Shown: positions 26,249-32,000 of the stretch, piece by piece
Layout of the letters: each line of letters opens with the position of its first letter
Position numbering within the stretch: position 1 is the first letter of the stretch
Assembly: GCF_003966335.1 (NCBI RefSeq)
Contig: NZ_CP034549.1
Span: 1,920,001-1,952,000 of the forward strand
From: Nonlabens ponticola
GTDB taxonomy: Bacteria > Bacteroidota > Bacteroidia > Flavobacteriales > Flavobacteriaceae
DNA: 32,000 nucleotides
Direction of reading: 5' to 3'
Position numbers and translations under genes: made by a program
Notes under the pieces: model-generated
Told to the model about the DNA's origin: nothing
The model's input: only the letters and a program-made list of their open reading frames with translations
Database searches by the model: none

Positions 26249-27199
26249 TTGAACGAACTTATCATTGACCTGGCAGAATCCAATCCACGCGAATTCTTTG
26301 GCGTAAAAAATAAGAACCTAGCCTTTTTAAAGCAGCATTACCCTAAACTCAAGATTGTCGCTCGCGGCTCTATCATGAAGGTTTATGGTGATGAGGAACG
26401 CCTGCAGGAATTTGACAGCAAATTGGAAATGCTATTAAAATACTTCAGCAAATACAATAAGATCGACGAGAATGTGATTGAACGATTGCTCACATCTAAT
26501 GAGACTGAGGCCTTTGATAGTAAAGGCTCCGGTGATGTTTTGGTTCATGGAAATAATGGAATGCTTATCAGGCCCAAAACGCCTAACCAGCGTAAACTTG
26601 TCGCTTTGTGCAAGAAGAATGACATGGTATTTGCCATAGGCCCTGCAGGAACTGGTAAAACCTACATAGGTGTTGCCCTTGCGGTACAGGCACTTAAAAA
26701 TAAAGAAGTCAAACGCATTATTATTACGCGACCAGCAGTTGAGGCTGGCGAGAATTTAGGTTTTTTACCAGGCGATCTCAAGGAAAAATTAGATCCTTAT
26801 ATGCAGCCTATCTACGACGCTTTGCGAGACATGGTACCGACTGAGCGTCTTGCCAGTTACATCGAGAAGGGTACCATTCAAATCGCACCGCTAGCTTTCA
26901 TGCGCGGTCGCACACTGGATCAAGCTTATGTAATTCTGGATGAATCACAAAACACCACACACGCACAGATGAAAATGTTCCTGACCAGAATGGGTAAGGA
27001 TGCAAAATTCTTCATCACTGGCGATCCAGGACAAATCGATTTGCCACGCCGCACCATTTCAGGGCTTAAAGAGGCGTTGCTCATCCTTAAAGATGTCGAT
27101 GGAGTAGGCATGATGTACCTGGATGATAGCGATGTAGTGCGACACAGACTAGTCAAAAAGGTCATAGCAGCCTACAAGGATATTGAAAACCGTAATTAA
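26249..27199 (+). CDS. phoH: PhoH family ATPase
   Basis: 316 aa with a TTG start. Walker A GPAGTGKTY, then RPAVEAGENLGFLPGD, ILDESQNTT, ITGDPGQIDLP. Confidence 0.9.
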   Translation: MNELIIDLAESNPREFFGVKNKNLAFLKQHYPKLKIVARGSIMKVYGDEERLQEFDSKLEMLLKYFSKYNKIDENVIERLLTSNETEAFDSKGSGDVLVHGNNGMLIRPKTPNQRKLVALCKKNDMVFAIGPAGTGKTYIGVALAVQALKNKEVKRIIITRPAVEAGENLGFLPGDLKEKLDPYMQPIYDALRDMVPTERLASYIEKGTIQIAPLAFMRGRTLDQAYVILDESQNTTHAQMKMFLTRMGKDAKFFITGDPGQIDLPRRTISGLKEALLILKDVDGVGMMYLDDSDVVRHRLVKKVIAAYKDIENRN

Positions 27200-27225
27200 A
27201 ATAAGTGGTTTCATGATGGTGATAA

Positions 27226-27247
27226 TTACGCTTTCGCGAAAGCATAA
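27226..27247. repeat. Dispersed palindromic element, copy 9 (TTACGCTTTCGCGAAAGCATAA)
   Basis: It has long outer arms (gatggtgataa / ...agctatcatc). It lies 26 nt after the phoH stop and 101 nt before purC. Confidence 0.9.
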
Positions 27248-27348
27248 TCCCAGCTATCATCGTCAATAACTATTGAATAAAAAGGAGTCCTATTTGCTTA
27301 ATTGCAAGTGGGATTTCTCAATTTTACCGAAGATTTAAACAAGGCAAC

Positions 27349-28308
27349 ATGTTTCTTTTTGACACGATAACCGATACTAATTTTCAATTTCCAAAACAGC
27401 AGAAAGTCTATAAAGGCAAGGTGCGCGAGGTGTACACGCTAGAAGATGATTTGCTTGTTATGATTGCTAGCGATCGCTTGAGTGCCTTTGACGTCGTGAT
27501 GCCTAGAGGTATTCCTTTTAAAGGACAAATCCTTAATCAAATCGCGACCAAAATGATGGCCGCTACCTCAGACATTGTTCCCAATTGGCTTATCGCAACA
27601 CCAGATCCTAATGTTGCCATAGGTAACAACTGTGATCCATTCAAGGTAGAAATGGTGATACGTGGATATTTGAGTGGTCATGCAGCCAGAGAGTACAAAT
27701 CGGGTAAACGCGAGCTTTGTGGTGTTGCAATGCCTGATGGCATGAAGGAAAACGATAAGTTCCCACAACCAATTATAACACCAGCCACCAAAGCCGAAAT
27801 GGGCGATCATGATGAAGATATTTCACGCGAGGATATCCTTGCTCGTGGAATCGTATCTGCGGCAGACTATGAAGTTTTGGAAAACTATACACGAGCTCTT
27901 TTTGAAAGAGGCACCCAGCTAGCTGCAGATCGAGGCTTGATCTTAGTGGACACCAAATATGAATTTGGTAAAACCGCAGATGGTACCATCGTGCTTATTG
28001 ATGAGATCCATACACCAGATTCGTCTAGATATTTTTATGCTGATGGTTATCAAGAACGTCAAGATAACAATGAGGCACAAAAGCAATTGAGCAAAGAGTT
28101 TGTGCGTCAATGGTTGATTTCCAATGATTTTCAAGGCCTAGAAGGTCAACAAGTTCCAGAAATGAGTGATGAATATATCTTATCAGTAAGTGAACGCTAT
28201 ATTGAGCTTTACGAGAAAATTACCGGCGAGGAATTTCAAAAAGCAGACACCAATAATATACTGGATAGGATAGAAGCAAATGTTATGGAGTGGCTTAAGA
28301 CGAACTAG
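27349..28308 (+). CDS. purC: Phosphoribosylaminoimidazole-succinocarboxamide (SAICAR) synthase
   Basis: 319 aa. [41 protein letters not shown]. Confidence 0.9.
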   Translation: MFLFDTITDTNFQFPKQQKVYKGKVREVYTLEDDLLVMIASDRLSAFDVVMPRGIPFKGQILNQIATKMMAATSDIVPNWLIATPDPNVAIGNNCDPFKVEMVIRGYLSGHAAREYKSGKRELCGVAMPDGMKENDKFPQPIITPATKAEMGDHDEDISREDILARGIVSAADYEVLENYTRALFERGTQLAADRGLILVDTKYEFGKTADGTIVLIDEIHTPDSSRYFYADGYQERQDNNEAQKQLSKEFVRQWLISNDFQGLEGQQVPEMSDEYILSVSERYIELYEKITGEEFQKADTNNILDRIEANVMEWLKTN

Positions 28309-28317
28309 TTATGTTTT

Positions 28318-28413
28318 AAATCTAAATCAAAGTCTAAATCAAAGTCTAAGTCTAAGTCTAAGTTGAAGTTGAAGTTTAATTACGACTTTTAGTCCAACTT
28401 GGAATTTAAGTCC
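28318..28413. repeat. Phased hexamer tandem repeat (AAGTCT-like, about 16 units)
   Basis: Units in phase: AAATCT AAATCA AAGTCT AAATCA AAGTCT AAGTCT AAGTCT AAGTTG AAGTTG AAGTTT AATTAC GACTTT TAGTCC AACTTG GAATTT AAGTCC. Confidence 0.85.
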
Positions 28414-28437
28414 CGTTGAAGTATAAAATCAAATAAA

Positions 28438-28602
28438 ACTGAGACTATAAGTTGCAACTACAAACTGTGACTAGAATACGACCGGAAACTGCGACTGATG
28501 ACTGTCAACTGCCAACTAAAACTGAGAACTCCAAACTGCAAAAGCAACTGTAAACTGTAAACTGCGACTGGAGACTGTTAACCGTCGACTGAAAACTCAA
28601 AC
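28438..28602. repeat. Degenerate 6-7 bp tandem repeat (ACTGNNN, about 22 units)
   Basis: ACT(G) starts at 28438, 444, 457, 464, 470, 481, 488, 494, 501, 508, 515, 521, 528, 535, 547, 554, 561, 567, 574, 581, 588 and 595. The spacing is mostly 7 and sometimes 6. Confidence 0.8.
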
Positions 28603-28603
28603 A

Positions 28604-28645
28604 CTATTGATACCCAGCGGCCTGCAGATTAAATAATCTAGAATA
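28604..28645 (-). pseudogene. Orphan duplicate of the last 13 codons plus stop of the ABC exporter gene
   Basis: 28608-28645 matches 29354-29391 at 37 of 38 positions. On the minus strand it reads YSRLFNLQAAGYQ*, identical to the exporter C-terminus; the differences are synonymous (GCC for GCT, CAA TAG for CAG TAA). Weaker similarity continues to about 28660. Confidence 0.85.
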
Positions 28646-28732
28646 AAATCGCAGTCAAATGCGTGTTACTCATTCATAAGTAAATCAACATTTTTATAGT
28701 ATTGCTATTTGATTTGGAACTAGTATCAAATT

Positions 28733-28754
28733 CCTTGCCTTAGATAAGGCGAGG
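28733..28754. repeat. Hairpin H1 (CCTTGCCTTA-GA-TAAGGCGAGG), downstream flank of the DUF559 gene
   Basis: 10-bp stem with one G.U pair. 17 of 22 positions are identical to H2 at 29309-29330, with a compensatory pair change. Confidence 0.7.
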
Positions 28755-28829
28755 ACAGAAGTAAAACTTGTTTTGCTTCAGGAGTGGTTGAATACTAATG
28801 CCTGAGAAAGATGGATCAGATTAATAATA

Positions 28830-29216
28830 TTACTCAATTTCCTTTTCTAGGATTCCACAATGCTTACGTATATCATTTAAAACATGAGGTAATTCAGAAA
28901 AAACATATTGATTTTCATATCTCAAAACGGTAAAACCATTTTTCCCTAGGTATAGATCTCGTAATTGATCTTTTTCTAACTGTTCAGGTTGATCATGACC
29001 TTCACCATCTAATTCAATAATCAAATTATGTTGAGCACAGTAGAAGTCAACGATATAATTTTTTATAGAGTGCTGTCTCCTAAATTTCAGTCCATCTAGC
29101 TTTTTTGAACCTAAGAAAGTCCACAAGTATGCTTCTGCTGGTGTGAGATTCTTGCGCAAACTCTTCCTGTATTTTTTGAGGTGCTTAAGGTTATGAGTTG
29201 GTGGATGTTTTTTCAC
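28830..29216 (-). CDS. DUF559 endonuclease-domain protein (Vsr/restriction-endonuclease-like fold)
   Basis: 128 aa. LTPAEAYLW..L....L.GLKFRRQHSIKNYIVDFYCAQHNLIIELDGEGHDQPEQLEKDQLRDLYLGKNGFTVLRYENQYVF is the typical DUF559 pattern. Confidence 0.85.
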   Translation of the reverse strand: MKKHPPTHNLKHLKKYRKSLRKNLTPAEAYLWTFLGSKKLDGLKFRRQHSIKNYIVDFYCAQHNLIIELDGEGHDQPEQLEKDQLRDLYLGKNGFTVLRYENQYVFSELPHVLNDIRKHCGILEKEIE

Positions 29217-29308
29217 AATAGAAAAATATCAATTTCAATCGTTATTACAAAAAATCGGGTTTTTCAACCTATCCGTCTCACAAACGGCTATCACCTTTTT
29301 GTGATCCA

Positions 29309-29330
29309 CCTTTCCTTAACTAAGGAAAGG
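29309..29330. repeat. Hairpin H2 (CCTTTCCTTA-AC-TAAGGAAAGG), between the ABC exporter stop and the DUF559 start
   Basis: Perfect 10-bp stem. It lies 19 nt beyond the exporter stop codon. Confidence 0.75.
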
Positions 29331-29349
29331 AGTTATTAAAAGAGTAATT

Positions 29350-31182
29350 TTACTGATACCCAGCAGCCTGCAGATTAAATAATCTAGAATACAACTGCGG
29401 ATTTTCCATGAGCTCCTCATGTGTTCCTATTTCAGCAATTTTGCCATCTTGTAGCACCAGAATACGATCTGCCATGCGCACGGTGGAGAAGCGGTGTGAT
29501 ATGATAATGCTAGTCTTGCCTTTTGTCAATCCAATAAATCGTTCAAAAACATCATATTCTGCCTGTGCATCTAGCGCGCTGGTAGGTTCATCCAGTACCA
29601 TGATGTCTGCATCCTTCATGTAGGCTCTTGCGAGCGCAACTTTTTGCCATTGTCCACCGCTTAACTCTTGACCTTTGGCAAATCTGCGTCCCAGTTGCTG
29701 GTCGATACCATCCATCATGGTTTCTATTACCTGATTGGCAAGACTGCGATCTGCTGCATCGAGAATCATGGGATCGTTAGAGATCTCGTCTATGTTTCCG
29801 ACGGCTATGTTTTCGCGCAAGCGGAATTCATATTTAAAGAAATCCTGAAAGATGACGCCAAAACGAGCACGATATTCTTCTTTACTAAAGCGATTGATGT
29901 TGATGCCGTCCAATAGTATTTCACCGCTTGTAGGTTTATAAAACCTAAGAATGAGTTTTATAAGCGTCGTTTTACCAGCGCCATTTTGACCTACAAAAGC
30001 GATTTTCTCACCTGCTTTGATTTCAAAGTTCACACCTTCTAGCACTGGTGTATCACTACCTGGGTAATTAAATCGAACGTCCTTGAGTTCAAAACCGGAT
30101 TTGATGACCTCAGGAATGGCAACAGGATTTTGAGTTTCTTGAGATAAAGGAATATCTAAGAAGTCAAAATAATCTCTCAAATACAGGGCGCTTTCTGAAA
30201 TGCGCGTAAAACGAGAGAAGAATTGCTGTAAGTTGTTGCGCAGTCTATTGAATGAACCTGATAAGAATGTCAATTCACCAATGGTGAGCACACCAGCGAT
30301 CACCTTAATTATGATAAAAATGTAAGCCCCATAATAAGACAGTGTCCCTAGAATATTGAAAAGAGAACCGTACAAGCTTTGTTTTAGTGATAGATTTTTA
30401 TTAATCAAATAATATTTATGGGACAGCTTACTGAAGCGTTGCGCGATATAATCAGTCAGGCCGAATAGTTTCACCTCTTTGGCAGTGGTATTATTTGCTC
30501 CTACATATCTCAAATAATCCAGCTCGCGACGCTCGGCAGTCCAGCTGCGTGCTAGGGAATATCGATGGCCGCTATATTTTGCCTCATTGATAAATGACGG
30601 TATGATACTGAGAACCAATAAAACTATAAGCCATGGTTCAAAATAGATGAGCGCGGCAATTAAGGAGACGATAGAAATGATAGCTTGCACTTGGCTCAGC
30701 GCATCACTCATCAGGTTTACACGACCATTGGTTTGCTGTCGCGCACGCTCAAGCTTATCATAGAACTCAGGATCTTCTAGTTGCTCAAGCGTTAACTCAT
30801 TTGTCTTGCGTATTATTTTTTCCGACGAGGCATTTGAGTATAGATCTCCTATCAATCCATCTGTTAGCGTGATGCCGCGATTAAGAATTTCTGTGAACAC
30901 AACAACACCTAATTCTATACCAACGAAAGTCCAAAGTCTGGTTAAATCCTGATTTTCTAGGCTTATTTGTAGGATAATCTCGTCAATGATGATCTTACCT
31001 ATCCACAAGGTAACCACCGGTGACAGCGCAGTGAGTAATCGTGCAAATGTGTTGAGCGTAAATAACTTCGGACTTACTCTCCAGATCTCCTTAAAAAATC
31101 GTGGTATCGCAGATAATGAGTCCAGTGAAAAGACTGATGTTTTTTTCTTATCTGTAATCGATTGTAATCGCGGTCTTGCCAT
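29350..31182 (-). CDS. ABC transporter, fused permease/ATP-binding protein (MsbA/multidrug exporter type)
   Basis: 610 aa with an N-terminal 6-TM domain. Walker A GQNGAGKTT, signature LSGGQWQ, Walker B IMVLDEPTSALD, H-loop ISHR. Confidence 0.9.
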   Translation of the reverse strand: MARPRLQSITDKKKTSVFSLDSLSAIPRFFKEIWRVSPKLFTLNTFARLLTALSPVVTLWIGKIIIDEIILQISLENQDLTRLWTFVGIELGVVVFTEILNRGITLTDGLIGDLYSNASSEKIIRKTNELTLEQLEDPEFYDKLERARQQTNGRVNLMSDALSQVQAIISIVSLIAALIYFEPWLIVLLVLSIIPSFINEAKYSGHRYSLARSWTAERRELDYLRYVGANNTTAKEVKLFGLTDYIAQRFSKLSHKYYLINKNLSLKQSLYGSLFNILGTLSYYGAYIFIIIKVIAGVLTIGELTFLSGSFNRLRNNLQQFFSRFTRISESALYLRDYFDFLDIPLSQETQNPVAIPEVIKSGFELKDVRFNYPGSDTPVLEGVNFEIKAGEKIAFVGQNGAGKTTLIKLILRFYKPTSGEILLDGININRFSKEEYRARFGVIFQDFFKYEFRLRENIAVGNIDEISNDPMILDAADRSLANQVIETMMDGIDQQLGRRFAKGQELSGGQWQKVALARAYMKDADIMVLDEPTSALDAQAEYDVFERFIGLTKGKTSIIISHRFSTVRMADRILVLQDGKIAEIGTHEELMENPQLYSRLFNLQAAGYQ

Positions 31183-31186
31183 CTAG

Positions 31187-31194
31187 CAAAGATA
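31187..31194 (-). promoter_or_regulatory. Candidate -7 box (TATCTTTG on the minus strand), 4 nt from the ABC exporter ATG
   Basis: Plus-strand CAAAGATA. The spacer CTAG is followed by the ATG at 31182. Confidence 0.4.
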
Positions 31195-31283
31195 CTGGAG
31201 CATCTCGTTTAATTCTAGATAATGCTGAATGGGTAGGTATATTATCAACCTTCAAAAATAAAAAATGATAGCAATAGTATCAT

Positions 31284-31327
31284 AACTAATAGTAATGCTA
31301 TTAATTAAAAGTTAATTACTATTAGTT
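31284..31327. promoter_or_regulatory. AT-rich perfect 13-bp inverted repeat (AACTAATAGTAAT-N18-ATTACTATTAGTT) in a divergent promoter region
   Basis: The arms at 31284-31296 and 31315-31327 are exact reverse complements. The spacer contains TTAATTAA. Confidence 0.4.
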
Positions 31328-31343
31328 GGTAGAATTCTACTCG

Positions 31344-31351
31344 TATGTTTG
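31344..31351 (+). promoter_or_regulatory. Candidate -7 box (TATGTTTG) upstream of the lipoprotein gene
   Basis: Matches TAnnTTTG. It lies 30 nt upstream of the ATG at 31382. Confidence 0.3.
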
Positions 31352-31381
31352 TCTCAACAAAAACAAAAAAGATTAAACATT

Positions 31382-32000
31382 ATGAAAAACCTATTTAAAC
31401 TCAATTTTATCGCTTTATTAGCTATCAGTAGCTTAATGGTCTCTTGTGATCAGAATAAAGCGGCTCAAAATTCATCAATTAACAAGGCAGCCGAGCAAAG
31501 CGAGAGCGAGGACACAAGTCAAGATCCTCTTCTTTACTCAGATGAGTGCATTTCTGAACGTGAAGTAGTAGAAGCACAAAAACTATGGGGTGCCGGTATT
31601 GTGCGCATCGGTAAAGTTTATACAGATGATGGTGATTACAGTAATGAGGCAGCAGACTTTATTCAAGACATGTATGCATATGATCTGAGTAGTGTTTTAT
31701 TTAAACCTACATTGGCTTCTGATGATCAATTTAGATCAAGCTTTGATGCAGCACTTTCATATTTTGTTGCAGGTAATGAAGCTTATCCAGAAGATAAGGG
31801 GTTTGCAATTAAACCTTATAATAAAGTTACCTTTGATAATACTGGTATCATAAATAATAGTTGTCGTATGGCGGTGGCAATGGGTAATTATTACTTTACA
31901 GCCCTTGACGGTAGTGAGACAAAAGTTGAATACACTTTTGCCTATGTCAAAGACAAAACTGGAAAACTAAGAATAGTAGCACACCAGTCTTCACTGCCCT
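31382..32000 (+). CDS. Hypothetical lipoprotein, 5' part; the gene runs off the window end
   Basis: My own translation gives MKNLFKLNFIALLAISSLMVSCDQNKAAQ...ECISEREVVEAQKLWGAGIVRIGKVY...KLRIVAHQSSLP, open to the edge. It has a signal peptide plus a lipobox Cys. I cannot assign a family confidently. Confidence 0.5.
   Translation, partial: MKNLFKLNFIALLAISSLMVSCDQNKAAQNSSINKAAEQSESEDTSQDPLLYSDECISEREVVEAQKLWGAGIVRIGKVYTDDGDYSNEAADFIQDMYAYDLSSVLFKPTLASDDQFRSSFDAALSYFVAGNEAYPEDKGFAIKPYNKVTFDNTGIINNSCRMAVAMGNYYFTALDGSETKVEYTFAYVKDKTGKLRIVAHQSSLP

Noticed and set aside
27200-27348. A possible purine/ZTP-type riboswitch or leader upstream of purC (and similarly upstream of purL).
   Set aside because: I could not find the conserved ZTP (pfl) or purine riboswitch core sequences. 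The region is explained by the palindromic repeat plus AT-rich promoter DNA. A covariance-model scan would be needed to be certain.
28318-28383. The hexamer block read as a Lys-Ser/Lys-Leu repeat peptide (KSKSKSKSKSKSKSKLKLKFNYDF).
   Set aside because: There is no start codon in frame. Preceding it are only ATG TTT TAA and then a stop. It is bounded by stops, and the adjacent 7-nt-period block cannot be coding.
331-28602. Whether the palindromic repeats or the short tandem repeats could be a CRISPR array.
   Set aside because: The 22-bp palindromes are dispersed kilobases apart, one per intergenic region, not separated by 25-40 bp spacers. The units at 28318-28602 are only 6-7 bp with no spacers. 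No cas genes are present.
28646-29353. A classical IS element or integrative element as the vehicle of the DUF559 insertion.
   Set aside because: There is no transposase or integrase ORF in any frame. There are no IS-type terminal inverted repeats; the two flanking hairpins are each self-complementary rather than forming a pair of element termini. The segment is only about 0.7 kb.
24614-31186. Track ORFs 24614-24799, 24659-24841, 26926-27165, 27568-27810, 27943-28134, 29408-29623, 29668-29916 and 30986-31186.
   Set aside because: They are shadow ORFs inside gldF, phoH, purC and the ABC exporter.

Overview
AT-rich chromosomal segment, most consistent with a Flavobacteriia (Bacteroidota) genome. 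Supporting signs are gldF/gldG gliding-motility ABC genes, a nuclease with a T9SS C-terminal sorting domain, TonB_C domains with the (V)YPGC motif, and TAnnTTTG -7 boxes. I support about 31 protein-coding genes (two truncated at the window edges), mostly housekeeping: purL, purC, aroC, mtaB, rsmB-like, dus, phoH, a Zn-ADH, a DAACS symporter and a family-5 SBP. I recognised no rRNA, tRNA, CRISPR array, transposase or integrase. Observations worth a second look: (1) A tightly coupled three-gene cassette at 18884-21916: a GshB-like ATP-grasp ligase, an FGase-fold amidohydrolase and a DUF1704 protein with HExxxH and QEGLA motifs. Its biochemical function is unknown and it looks like a ligation/trimming cycle. 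(2) A DUF559 (Vsr-like endonuclease) gene inserted at the 3' end of an ABC exporter gene. The last 13 codons plus stop are duplicated on the far side, and two related hairpins flank the gene. (3) A roughly 230 bp decayed copy of the mtaB 3' region lies 1.7 kb downstream of the intact gene, with a padR/membrane-protein pair in between. (4) A dispersed palindromic repeat (TTACGCTTTCGCGAAAGCGTAA) occurs in nine copies, two of them in frame inside CDSs, both encoding DSAFAKA. (5) About 290 bp of non-coding hexamer then heptamer micro-repeats. (6) Three tandem signal-peptide/TPR/TonB_C paralogues. (7) -7 promoter boxes 4-5 nt from start codons, implying leaderless mRNAs. All functional calls rest on reading the translations by eye; no database search was run.
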